A model generated the notes under the pieces. It was not told the DNA's origin and did not search any database. It saw only the letters and a program-made list of their open reading frames with translations. A program made the position numbers and the translations under genes. A stretch of 59,223 nucleotides of DNA, filler included. It is 6 parts of 6 records of this genome, joined end to end, with 100 filler letters (N's around TTAATTAATTAA, not from the genome) between each part and the next. Parts side by side here need not be neighbours in the genome. Positions count along the whole stretch, not along the records: positions 1 to 8,077 come from SRR31147125_6895; positions 8,178 to 13,398 come from SRR31147125_6899; 4 more parts are not named here. The stretch is one strand, 5' to 3'. Position 1 is the stretch's first letter; the number at the start of each line of letters is the position of its first letter. This document shows positions 1 to 10,806 of the stretch, one piece after another.

Positions 1-267
1 CCCATTTTTCAATCCTATACTATTTTAAACACCCAATTTGAATTATATTATAGGATTACTCGCTATAATTTGCAAGATTTAATTTTCCCACCTTTTCTAA
101 TGAATTATGATTCCCCAGGTATAAAACCTGGTTGTGGAGGTTAATCAATTTAAACTGCCAAGTATACAATACAGTTATAATTAAAATTTACTTTTACAAC
201 CAGGTTTTCAAACATTTTGTTTAAATTGTGAAAACTAAATTGTAACGTTTAAATTACTCGATTGACA

Positions 268-723
268 TCAGCTTTTTAATTCAGAAGTACAATTGGCGCA
301 CCGTGTCGCTTTAATGGAAATAGTAGAAAAACAAAAAGGACATTCTTTTGTGGTTGGTTCTTCTGGCGGGGCTTCTTCTTCACGTTTAAGCTTATTCATA
401 TTTTTGATGACTATAAACAAGGCAAAAGCAACAATTATAAAACTGATAATGTTATTAAAAAAAACACCATAATTAATGGAAACAGCTCCGGCCGCCTGTG
501 CATCCGCAAGTGAAGCGTATGGAGCAGCCGCTTCAGCACCTTCTTTTAAAACGATAAACAGATTAGCAAAATCAACGTTGCCCAACAATAATCCAATGGG
601 TGGCATAATAACGTCAGCAACCAAAGACTTGACAATCGTTCCAAACGCCGCCCCGATAATAATTCCAACCGCCATATCCAGAACATTTCCACGCATGGCA
701 AAATCTTTAAATTCCTTAAACAT
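268..723 (-). CDS. mscL: Large-conductance mechanosensitive channel with C-terminal zinc-ribbon
   Basis: [28 protein letters not shown] signature, NYGxF motif, C-terminal CPFC..CANC; AGGAGG RBS. Confidence 0.97.
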   Translation of the reverse strand: MFKEFKDFAMRGNVLDMAVGIIIGAAFGTIVKSLVADVIMPPIGLLLGNVDFANLFIVLKEGAEAAAPYASLADAQAAGAVSINYGVFFNNIISFIIVAFALFIVIKNMNKLKREEEAPPEEPTTKECPFCFSTISIKATRCANCTSELKS

Positions 724-949
724 AATGTCTCCTCCCTGAGATTTTATGTTATTGGCCTTACCAGACGCACGCCATTAAAAAAATCGTTGGCCAGGCGCCT
801 ATAGATGAATTAAAATAAAATGGATGCTATGTAGAAAAGATTTAATGTTTATAACGTAAAAATGATTGGCTTAATTTCAAGTAAAACATAACTGTAAATA
901 AAAAGCTGTCCAAGAATCCTTAAAATTACGAAACACAATTCATTAATCT

Positions 950-2755
950 TTAAAAACCTGGCGATTCAGACTTTACGCGTTTTGTAACGGTCTGATAATT
1001 TTGAATCACCTCAGCTGTTCTCAGATATCGATCGTATATGCGTAATAAAAACACATCCTCTGAAATTTTAGCATAGGTCGCCCCGTTAACATCACCTAAC
1101 TCCGGACTGAATCGACCAAAGCCCCATTGTCGAAAACAACCTCCGTCAAGAACCTGACCATTTACAACTACTGAAATAATATTAGGACCGCCATCGCAGA
1201 TAAACGCAATATGGTGTTTTTTGTCCGGGGATATTAAACCAGGATCGACATCCCAGCTGGTGGATAATTGTCCGTCGCACATCTCAATCTGTAACGTTTC
1301 GAATGTACCTTTTGAGGTTTCACTTTTTGCAGTCTGTACCAGCAAACCCTTACCACTTTTAGCTCTGGAATCAAAAAGGATATGACCTGGTGACAAATCT
1401 TTAATTTCAACAACCATTTCCAGAGTAAAAGCGCCTTCCTGATCAAGGTCAGGTAAAACAGGCATTCTGGCTTTTTTACCAGGTACCCACTCTAACTTTT
1501 GGCCCTTTTTCACGATTTTCTTCAATGTCTTACCCTCGACCTGTGCCCACAGGTCATTAAAGAGTGTTTCATCAATTCCATGAACCCGGGCAATTTCTTT
1601 TTGGGTTTCAGTTACCCAATATTTTCCATTCTGCTCAATCAGATCCGGGTAACTCATTCGCACCTTTGGATCCAGGTCATACAATAAAATTTCCGGCTGC
1701 GACCAGTGGATATAACCATCCTTTTCCACACCACCAACGATCCAGGCGGGATTGCGATCGTCATAAGATCGTCCACCATGATTATGAAACCAGAATAGAT
1801 ATTTACCATTTTTGCATCGCCACACTCGGGGACACGCGCGAGGATGTTTTATCGGGCGGCCTTCCGGTGTGTATGTTGCTCTTTCCGGTTTGCTCCATGT
1901 CAATCCTTCATCGCGGCTATAGGAACAAACGGGATACCCCATTGTTGTCCGATACATGCAGAACAAATCACCATTTGCCAGGCTCACCAGGTTCTGCTCC
2001 TCCTGAATTTCTCCATGTTCTGGCACAAAAAGTGGATTCTCACCTTTTGGTAACATATTCCAGACAATTTTTTCCGGATCACGTTCCGTCAGAATATTGT
2101 CCGAACGAAAAAACCACCCTTCACTCTTTTCAATAAGATACCTGCCAATTTTGGAAAAACCTAAAATGGCATACTGCCCATGGCCATCTTTATGATTTAC
2201 AATAATGGGTTTACCAATACCCCAGAACATTTGAATGAGTTTGCCGGGAAAATCCGAATCCTCAAGTTCATTATTGCGATCGATATTTGTAACTCGAACC
2301 GGTAATCGATACCGCTTTTCTGACCACGTTAAACCGTAATCATCAGAATATTTGTAACAATACCATCCAAGCATATCATGTCGTTTATCTCTTAATACCT
2401 CATCACCGTTGTAATCATAAAACACATAAACACGACCAAACGGAGTTAATAATGGCATAGCCCATGAGGCAGCCGGTCCGGAAGGTGGCTCGATTTCAAC
2501 AGGTTCACTCCAGGATGTACCCTGATCTTTGCTTATCGTCGATATAATATGCTGTCCGCCTTCGCCCTCTACTCCGGAACCGGTGGTCAAAACGCATAAC
2601 CACTTGTTATCCGGAGTAATAATTACGTAGGGTTGATCCGCATATGAAATAGAAGGTATAATATGGCCGTTCAGAATATGTCGTGAATCATCATAATCAG
2701 CTCCCATCACTCCGGTAACAATCAGCAGTAAATAAAGGAACAGACATTTTAACAT
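950..2755 (-). CDS. Secreted BNR/Asp-box (sialidase-like) beta-propeller with C-terminal LamG/ConA-like domain
   Basis: Signal peptide MLKCLFLYLLL; Asp-boxes SKDQGTSW, SDDYGLTW, SRDEGLTW; LamG-like tail (HHIAF..V.VNG..LRIYDRYL); start chosen at the second Met. Confidence 0.8.
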   Translation of the reverse strand: MLKCLFLYLLLIVTGVMGADYDDSRHILNGHIIPSISYADQPYVIITPDNKWLCVLTTGSGVEGEGGQHIISTISKDQGTSWSEPVEIEPPSGPAASWAMPLLTPFGRVYVFYDYNGDEVLRDKRHDMLGWYCYKYSDDYGLTWSEKRYRLPVRVTNIDRNNELEDSDFPGKLIQMFWGIGKPIIVNHKDGHGQYAILGFSKIGRYLIEKSEGWFFRSDNILTERDPEKIVWNMLPKGENPLFVPEHGEIQEEQNLVSLANGDLFCMYRTTMGYPVCSYSRDEGLTWSKPERATYTPEGRPIKHPRACPRVWRCKNGKYLFWFHNHGGRSYDDRNPAWIVGGVEKDGYIHWSQPEILLYDLDPKVRMSYPDLIEQNGKYWVTETQKEIARVHGIDETLFNDLWAQVEGKTLKKIVKKGQKLEWVPGKKARMPVLPDLDQEGAFTLEMVVEIKDLSPGHILFDSRAKSGKGLLVQTAKSETSKGTFETLQIEMCDGQLSTSWDVDPGLISPDKKHHIAFICDGGPNIISVVVNGQVLDGGCFRQWGFGRFSPELGDVNGATYAKISEDVFLLRIYDRYLRTAEVIQNYQTVTKRVKSESPGF

Positions 2756-2774
2756 ATTAAATCTCATTTGTGTC

Positions 2775-4301
2775 TTAAAGTAAAGGCGCACTACGCTGTG
2801 ACGTTTTGTATTTTTCTAAAAGGATTTTCAACTCTTGGACTTTTTCAGGATTTTCCAGCAAAAGGTTTTTGCGTTCCTGTAGATCCACATTCAGATTAAA
2901 AAGTTCAGCTTTCTCATTATGTGGGATAATACCGCGTTCCTTTTTGAACCACTCGGGCTCCCTGGAATTTTCTCCTGACGGTGCATCAATATAGATCCAA
3001 TCACCCTGCCGAATAGCGAATTCACCACGAACAGAGTGATAAACGATCGCCTCACGAATGGGTTTGTTGTAATCATCGCCAAGTAAAGCAGGAAGAATAT
3101 TATAACTGTCCTCAGCCGCGTTTTCAGGTAATTTCACACCAAGGAGTGCGGCGACGGTGGCCATGAGATCGGTGGTACCAATTATTTCATGGCAAACGCG
3201 TCCCGGTTGTATCTTTTGTGGCCAGCGGGCAATATAAGGTACACGAGTACCACCTTCCCACAGATCCCTTTTAAGCCCCCGTAGCTCCCCCATACTATAG
3301 TGACCGTAATCCTGGATACGTGGATAGGCGATGGTTTCCGGTCCATTATCAGAGGTGACGATCAGCAACGTATTTTCAGAAATCTTTTTCTCCTCCAGTA
3401 CCTTCATAACCTGACCAACCACATCATCCACCATGACGACAAAGTCGCCATAAGGACCGGCCTGGCTCTTGCCTTCAAATTCAGGAGTTGGTAATACAGG
3501 AGTATGTGGTGCCGGTAAAGGAAAGTAAAGAAAAAACGAAGAATCAGCACTGCTGCGAATAAATTCTACTGCCTTTTTCGTCAAAGTTGGCAAACAGTCA
3601 ATATGTTCAAAATCATTAGCACATTCGCCTCCCCGTTGATATTTTAAAGAATTTTTTATTTGCGGCGCCGTTTTCTCCACCGGAGCGGTTATCTTTTCAT
3701 TTTCAAGATAAACATACGGAGTAATGTCCAGAGAGGCCGGAATACCAAAGAAATAATCGAATCCAAAGGCTGTAGGCCCGTTTTCAACGGGTTTCGTATA
3801 ATCGACTTTAATCTCTTTTTTCTGACCCAAAGGGATCAATTCACGGTTATAGTCGCCACTTTTTTTCGCCCAATCCCAGCCAAGGTGCCATTTTCCAACA
3901 CCACCCGTTCGGTAGCCATGTTGTTTAAGCAAAGACGCCACGGTTTTACGTCCGGATTCAATTAAATGGCTACTATAGCCATTGAGTACACCACTTTTCA
4001 ACTGACTGCGCCAGTTATACCGGCCAGTTAATACGCTGTAACGTGATGGAGAACAAACGGCTGATGAGGTATGAGCATCTGTAAAACGAACTCCTTGTGC
4101 AGCCAGTTTATCCAGATTTGGAGTCTGGATTTTAGAATGTAAATTCTGACAGCTCACATCCCCGTAACCCAAATCATCCGCAAAGATAAACACAATGTTT
4201 GGGTTTTCTCTCTTTTTTGTTGCGCATTTCATAAAGGGGAGCACACCTGCCGCGGCCATTCCGGCAGATATTTTTAAAAAGGAACGTCGATCTATAGGCA
4301 T
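2775..4301 (-). CDS. Tat-exported S1 family sulfatase (probable lipoprotein)
   Basis: DRRSFLK twin-arginine motif; PNIVFIFADDLG, CSPSR formylglycine motif, GKWHLG; AGGAGGAG RBS before ATG at 4301. Confidence 0.93.
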   Translation of the reverse strand: MPIDRRSFLKISAGMAAAGVLPFMKCATKKRENPNIVFIFADDLGYGDVSCQNLHSKIQTPNLDKLAAQGVRFTDAHTSSAVCSPSRYSVLTGRYNWRSQLKSGVLNGYSSHLIESGRKTVASLLKQHGYRTGGVGKWHLGWDWAKKSGDYNRELIPLGQKKEIKVDYTKPVENGPTAFGFDYFFGIPASLDITPYVYLENEKITAPVEKTAPQIKNSLKYQRGGECANDFEHIDCLPTLTKKAVEFIRSSADSSFFLYFPLPAPHTPVLPTPEFEGKSQAGPYGDFVVMVDDVVGQVMKVLEEKKISENTLLIVTSDNGPETIAYPRIQDYGHYSMGELRGLKRDLWEGGTRVPYIARWPQKIQPGRVCHEIIGTTDLMATVAALLGVKLPENAAEDSYNILPALLGDDYNKPIREAIVYHSVRGEFAIRQGDWIYIDAPSGENSREPEWFKKERGIIPHNEKAELFNLNVDLQERKNLLLENPEKVQELKILLEKYKTSQRSAPLL

Positions 4302-4408
4302 TATATCTCCTCCTGATAAATAACATATCTTCCGACAGGTTATAGGTAAAAAAATCAAGCCTGGTTAAAGCGGACCGCCAGGCTGGTTCACACTCTTTCA
4401 TAAACACT

Positions 4409-5993
4409 TTATTTTACCCGTTCATACCATGGAAGACGCTGCAATGGCGCATCTATTTGAATGGTTTTTGGGCCATTCACAATTTCACCTGTTTCACTTT
4501 TCCAGGTTCCGTTCGGGAATTTCACCCATCGTTTTTTTGCTCCTTTTTCTACAACAGGGGCGACCAGAATGCTGTCTCCCAACATAAATTGATCTTTAAT
4601 TTCAGCCAATCCCTGATGCGGGAACACGTATTCCATATGTCTCACGATAGGCTCCCCGGTTCGCGCGGCCTGTTTCGCCAGGGATAATATTTTATTTCCC
4701 ATTTTTTGATGCAATAGAGCCATGGATCGAACGACTAGCAGATTTTCTTTGTCAAGAATTCGCCATGGAGCTACTGAAAACTGCATCATAGGCATAAGAG
4801 CATGACATTCGGCGGAACGAACGATAAGTTCCTCATCAATTGTTTTGGCACTTAAAAGATCTATATTCACCCCCTCCAATCATATCCGGACAGACAAAAG
4901 CGTAGCCCATCAGTCCCTGAGCGAGAATACCCGGAACCAGTTTACGCAAATCATCCCAGTTATGACTTTTATCACGTAATCTCTGAGCCAGTGGCTGCCC
5001 TGCCAGTTTCCAGCACGCTCTATATTCATTAAGAGGAAAGTTTAAACCAATACGTCCATATCTTTCACAGTGATCATTGGCATGTTTATTTTCAAAAGTG
5101 TGAATGTCATCGGTATAATAAATATCATCGCCGCCATCCAGCTTAAAGCCATCGACATCATATTCATTAACCAGGCGCTGTAACTGGCTATGGAACCAGG
5201 CTACCGCCTCAGGATTTGTTAAATCCAGAACAGCACTGGCACCATTCCACCACCTGATTATGGCCGGTTTTCGTTGTGCTGTATTTTCCTGCATAAGAAG
5301 GTTTTGCGGAGCCAGCTCACGATAAACCGGAGAATCCGGACTGATAAAGGGACAAACCCAGAGCATCACCTTAAATCCCATCTTGTGCAGCTTTGTTATC
5401 ATGGCTTTGGGATCTTTAAATTTTTCAGCCTTGAACTCCCAGACGCCATAATTCTCTTGCCAATTATCATCAATCATGAGAACGCCTGGTGGAAATCCGT
5501 TATTTATTATATCCCGGGCGTATTTCAGGATATCCTTTTCATTCTGATCGTACATCAGTTCGATCCAGGTATTGTATTGCGGCACAGTGAATAAGAGCTC
5601 ATCGGGCATCTGGCCACTGGCAGGAAAAAATGAAGAACTGGCGTACAAAAAGGCATCCCGCAGCGTTTTACCCGCAGTGCCGGATTGAATGACACTAAAA
5701 TCCGAGGAAACACTTAGGGATTCCCGGCTGAACTGAAACCGAAACGGATCCTCACACCAAACATACCGCCCCATATTTGAAATAAACAACGGTTGACTCT
5801 GGTTACCTTTCATCCCACCGAACAAATCGTGGGCATAAGGTTCATTTCCAAAAGGCATTTTCGGGCCATCCACGACAACGCCACCCCACCATAGCTCTCC
5901 GTCTTCAAACATGAATGTCTTTGACTTGTCCTGACTAAATAAGACACTGAGCATCATAAAAACAATAATCACACACAATACAGGCCGTTTCAA
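4409..5993 (-). CDS. Glycoside hydrolase family 31, split by one frameshift near 4854-4857
   Basis: PQYNTW, LMIDDNWQ, GFKLDGGD and CPDMIGGGE in 4836-5993; MMQFSVAPW, DQFMLGD.ILVAPV in 4409-4879; one extra base in the T-run joins them. Confidence 0.88.
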
Positions 5994-6125
5994 TTTTATC
6001 TCCTTTTTCGATCTGATATTTTGGACACGAACATCGACTTTAAAACTAAAAATCAGATTTTATTAAAAATTCACTTTAAATATGTTGATTTTACAGGTAA
6101 AAATCCACACAAGCGGGGAAAAATT

Positions 6126-6598
6126 CTAAAATATTTTAAAACGATTCAAAATATAAAACACCCAGGAGAAAACGATACAAATACCATATGGAAACAAAAT
6201 GGCATTCACTGTAGAAACCCCTATAAAAACAAGAACAAGGACCATGGGGATATAAAGAAACATCAGCCATGATTCATAATCAAATTCATGAGAACTATCA
6301 GGCCGATCCTTTTCATAATGTGAGTCCGGTTTTGACTCTTTTGTTGTGTATTCGTTTATAATATCATCATAAAAACCTGTATAATAGACCATTTTAAAAA
6401 AGCTCTTTTCTCCGGATCCGACAATATATGATAAGCCTGAGTTATTTCTTTAAATTTTTCTTCAGCCCATATTTTGTTATATAATTCTTTGTGCCTGTCC
6501 GGATGGTATTTTAAGGCCAGCAAACGAAATTTCTTTTTAATCTCAGCCAGAGAGGCATCAGGGTTAACACCCAGTATTTCAAATGGATTTTTATCCAT
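6126..6598 (-). CDS. J-domain (DnaJ-like) membrane protein, probably one gene split by a frameshift near 6395
   Basis: HPD motif and [13 protein letters not shown] in 6356-6598; overlapping ORF 6126-6392 adds two hydrophobic helices. Confidence 0.75.
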
Positions 6599-6791
6599 TG
6601 TACATCTCTACATCTGGTGAAACTTACTCTTTTGATGCCAGACCAGCCAGTCTTTAAGTTTTATGGAATCCATTGAATATGATTGTCACCCCAGGCACGA
6701 AAAAGCGTCCTTTAACCCAAAAAAAGTGCTCTATTATTTTAATGAATGAGACATTTTATTTGTTTCAGAAATTTTTAATTCATATTCGTGA

Positions 6792-7172
6792 TTATTGCTC
6801 ATATTTAAAAGGCAAAAGCTCTTCAACAGGCACCTTTTTCTCCTTACCATCCACCAGAATAATGACATATGCATCCGGAGAATAATCAGCAATCATCTCC
6901 CGGCACATGCCGCAAGGCGACACAATCCGTCCAGTCTCATCCACGGCAACGATGGTGTCAATATCCGTATCTCCTTCCGTTGCTGCGGCGCCAATGGCAA
7001 TGGCTTCCCCGCAGACGGTCATGCGACCGACATAAACCTCTATATGAACGCCCTTGTAAATATGACCTGATTTTGTTCGCAGAGCAGAGGCGATATGATG
7101 CCTGCCTTCCACAAATCGTTTCCGGATCAGGTCTCTGGCTGTTTCAATTAGATGTATATCTTTCTCGTGCAT
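6792..7172 (-). CDS. cdd: Cytidine deaminase family protein (homotetrameric/blasticidin S deaminase-like)
   Basis: CGEAIA and SPCGMCRE zinc motifs, C-terminal ELLP. Confidence 0.88.
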   Translation of the reverse strand: MHEKDIHLIETARDLIRKRFVEGRHHIASALRTKSGHIYKGVHIEVYVGRMTVCGEAIAIGAAATEGDTDIDTIVAVDETGRIVSPCGMCREMIADYSPDAYVIILVDGKEKKVPVEELLPFKYEQ

Positions 7173-7268
7173 GAGTTCGGTTCCTTTATATTTTTTTTGA
7201 GAATAAATGGAATCTATATAAAAAGTATTTTACTTCTAAGGTTGATAAGGCGGAAATTTTGTCTCATA

Positions 7269-7679
7269 TTACTCAAACCAGGCACGTTGAATGCGTTCAA
7301 CATATTCAAGGGTGGCAATCTGTTGCAGGATTTCCCGCCAGTTTGGCTTATGTGTATCCCCTATACAGAGATAGTCGGACTCGCCGCAGCCAATTCTTCC
7401 ACCTGAACCGAAACTGTATTGAATAGTCGAGTCAATGGCCAATACTTCTGCCAGTAATTCCTGCTTACCGGGAATACAGAATTCGTAAGAGACCGACACA
7501 AGACCATCTGCCGGTCCGGTTAATCCGTCCGCGCGGATCCCGGATAGATCAAACTGGATTTTTTGGTGCCAGGGTTGATGGGACATTGTTTGAATAGAAT
7601 TATTTTCTTTGTTGCAGAAGGTATTTATGCAAAGTATAAAAAACAGGACAAAGTAACAACATGTAAAATGATTTTTCAT
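7269..7679 (-). CDS. Hypothetical exported protein/lipoprotein
   Basis: Hydrophobic N-terminus followed by Cys; Cys-containing globular domain (YEFCIP, GRIGC, LCIG). Confidence 0.6.
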   Translation of the reverse strand: MKNHFTCCYFVLFFILCINTFCNKENNSIQTMSHQPWHQKIQFDLSGIRADGLTGPADGLVSVSYEFCIPGKQELLAEVLAIDSTIQYSFGSGGRIGCGESDYLCIGDTHKPNWREILQQIATLEYVERIQRAWFE

Positions 7680-7990
7680 ATTTTTAAAATCTCTTCACCC
7701 AGCACGGTTTCAATTTTTGTGATCATTTTCAGTGTCATGTTGGCATTGCCGGCTAATATTTTTAAAAGATAAAATTTTTCCATACCGAGCATATCTGCCA
7801 ATTCCTTTTGATTCAGGTTACGTTGTTGCATTATCTGCATCATCTTTTCTGAAATATCACCCTGCTTTCGCACAAAATTTCTGGTCTCAGGAGGGATTGT
7901 AGCCAGTAATTGTTGAAATTTGGTTTTTTTCATATCACTCTTTGTGAATATAGTTTCACGTATAAAGCGCAACTGTTCTACCACATTCAT
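7676..7990 (-). CDS. XRE/Cro-type helix-turn-helix protein (antitoxin-like)
   Basis: LNQKELADMLG..KILAGNANMTLKMITKIE HTH pattern. Confidence 0.8.
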   Translation of the reverse strand: MNVVEQLRFIRETIFTKSDMKKTKFQQLLATIPPETRNFVRKQGDISEKMMQIMQQRNLNQKELADMLGMEKFYLLKILAGNANMTLKMITKIETVLGEEILKI

Positions 7991-8077
7991 TTTTACTAGT
8001 TACACACAGAATCATCTGATAATTGCAAAGTAACTATTTTTTTCTTTAAAACCTTATTTTTATTTTTTTGACCTTAA

Positions 8078-8177
8078 NNNNNNNNNNNNNNNNNNNNNNN
8101 NNNNNNNNNNNNNNNNNNNNNTTAATTAATTAANNNNNNNNNNNNNNNNNNNNNNNNNNNNNNNNNNNNNNNNNNNN
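8078..8177. other. Artificial contig spacer
   Basis: 44 N + TTAATTAATTAA (stops in all six frames) + 44 N. Confidence 0.99.
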
Positions 8178-8818
8178 AAAAATTAGTCACACAATTGTCT
8201 GAAACCATACACAATAAATATTGGGACGACTCCCGAAATTTATTTGCCGATACTCCTGAAAAAGATAAGTTTTCGCAACATGCTAATACATTGGCTATTT
8301 TAACCGGGTTGGTTTATGGAAAAGAAGCAACCGAACTTGGTCAATTAATCCTTTCAGATTCAACGCTCACACAAGCTTCCATTTATTTTAAATATTATCT
8401 GCATCAGGCCTTGGTAAAAGCGGGATTGGGTAATGAATATCTCAGCTGGTTGGATATTTGGCGAAAAAATATTGAACTAGGGCTAACAACATGGGGAGAA
8501 GATTCAGACGTGGAAGGTACGCGTTCCGATTGTCATGCATGGGGTGCCAGTCCAAATATTGAATTTTTCAGGACAATCCTTGGAATCGATAGTGATGCCC
8601 CTGGATTCAAAAAAATTAAAATTGAACCTCATTTAGGAGATATTCAAAAGATCGCAGGAGAAATACCACATTCTTTAGGGAGAATTACAGTTAGTTATAA
8701 TATAACTTATAAAAAATTAGATGCCTTAATTAATTTACCACAAGGTACTACTGGTATTTTTATTTGGAAAGGGAAAACTTACGATTTAACCAGTGGTGAA
8801 AATATAATATCGTTTTAA
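8178..8818 (+). CDS. Alpha-L-rhamnosidase (GH78), C-terminal part, 5' truncated by the contig edge
   Basis: SQHAN, GLTTWGE, RSDCHAWGASP, PGFKKIKIEP motifs. Confidence 0.9.
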
Positions 8819-8914
8819 TAAAATTATTCATATTCATTCAATTTAATGTGAATTCATATCTAAACACAAATCAAGACAATTAATTTAAAAAACTAATTTA
8901 TTATAACTACTTAT

Positions 8915-10560
8915 ATGAATATGAAAATAATATCCAAAATAAGATTGATTGCTGTTCTGATATTCACTTCGGTAACTATCATAGCACAAGAATCTGAAAT
9001 ACAAAACAAGATTTCTACTCAAAATTGTTTGGTGCAATTTAATTTAAATTATATTGGTGCAACAAATCCTCCGCTACCAATCACGATAGATGTAGGAAAA
9101 ATTATCGAATTAACAGATAAACCCAGGCCAAAAAGAAAGGACTATCGTTTTTCTGGATGGTACACCAGCGCTGCCTGTAATCCTGATGAAGAATGGTTGT
9201 TTGGAAGAATGGCGGAGTTTCCAATGCCAGGAGTTAAAGATACTTCAATGATTGTGACTGGTTCGATGACATTATATGCTCGCTGGGTAAAGCCTGTGCA
9301 CATAACCGATGCTGAAGGTTTGGATGCCATACGCAACGATTTGAAAGGTTGGTTTATTCTGGATAATGATATTGATTTATCGGATTATGCTGATTGGATT
9401 CCAATTGGAGAATATGAGCATTCATATGAATTTGCTAAGGGCGAATGGTGGAGTAAAGCTTTTAAAGGGATTTTTGATGGACAGGGATATACAATCTCAA
9501 ATCTTAACCTGACAAAACCCACACATCAAATGAAAGCACTTTTTGGCACCGTAGCAAACGGTGAGATAGTTAATGTGAATATTAAAAACTGCACCATAGA
9601 ATTAACCACTTCATCAAATTATGCAGCCCCGTTGACCGGACTTATTAAAGAAGATGAAGGATGTACAGCAAAATTGGAAAGATGTAAAATAAGCAACTTA
9701 AAGGCAAATGTGATATTAAATTACCAAAATCCGAAAAATGTATTTTCTGTAGTTACCGGTTTAGCAGCCGGCGTGTGGAATGGAAAAGTTATTGACTGTC
9801 ATGTCGATGGATCCATTTCTTTTACTGTAAATGGAATGGGTGGAACTGGTGGTGAAGTTTATTTTGGAGGAATCATGGGCGAAGGATATAGCCAAACCAT
9901 TCAATGCAGCTCTTTAATAAATTTGAATGCAATTATAAATGTTGCTCCATTGAATGAAGGTCAGGCATTAAAAGTTTTTATTGGAGGATTACAAGCATCG
10001 GCTACAAACGTAAAAAATTCTTTAACAAATGCCGATATAGTGATTGAAGGAAGTACGGCAATAACAGAATTGTATGTCGGCGGTTTAGTCGGCAGCGAAA
10101 GATATGGAGTAATAGAGAATTGTGCTTCTCATGGAAATATCAGAATCAAAAACTCTCCAATAGCCCAGGTTGGAGGTATTATTGGAGAATTTAGCAATTC
10201 TTATGGTGCAATCGGTACAGCTTTCGGTACAAATGAAACAATCATTCGAAATTGTTACTCTAATTCAAATTTATCTACAAGTAATGTAAAATACTTTATC
10301 CGGGGTGGTATCTCTGGTTCAGGAAAACCAGAACCACTTAAGGCATGGGGGGGACTATGGAATATTCATTACTTAATTGCGCTTTTCTTGTTTCTGAAAA
10401 TGAACCATTTATTGATGCCGGAATCAACTCATTTTCAATATATAGAAAGATGTCGCAACTAATGGGAAGTAATTTACAAGTAATTTTGGATAAAAATGAA
10501 GGTTCTGGTAATTGGATATACCAAAATGAAAAATTCCCCATTCCAAAATTTAATAGATAA
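8915..10560 (+). CDS. Secreted protein with InlB B-repeat/Flg_new domain and GLUG-type beta-helix; frameshift at the G-run near 10346-10352
   Basis: Signal peptide; P.RKDYRFSGWY...TLYARW repeat; DIDLS..W.PIG, FKGIFDGQGYTISNL, VGGLVG, VGGIIG; ORF 10345-10560 continues the C-terminus. Confidence 0.75.
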
Positions 10561-10806
10561 TAAAATTGCGATTTACAAATCCAGATTTTATTTATAAAAC
10601 ATAACAAGATGAAGACATGACTTGGAAACTGAGAGTTTTTATATGTAACCTGACAGAATTATATCTGTTGAATATCATATAAACTTCGGGAGAAAAAATT
10701 GATAATGAAACTTGCTCGCTATTCATTTAATGAGATAAAAATAGTACTGAACTGAATTTCGCATTATTTATAGGAATGAATCACCTTATTAATTGAACAA
10801 ATCGTT

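Noticed and set aside
268-345. Zinc-ribbon tail on MscL as a novelty
   Set aside because: This C-terminal CPxC..RCxxCTS extension is common among MscL homologues.
7676-8077. Toxin-antitoxin pair around the HTH gene
   Set aside because: No toxin ORF is visible before the contig ends.
8122-8133. TTAATTAATTAA palindrome repeated five times in N-runs
   Set aside because: Artificial all-frame stop linker, not a biological repeat or CRISPR.
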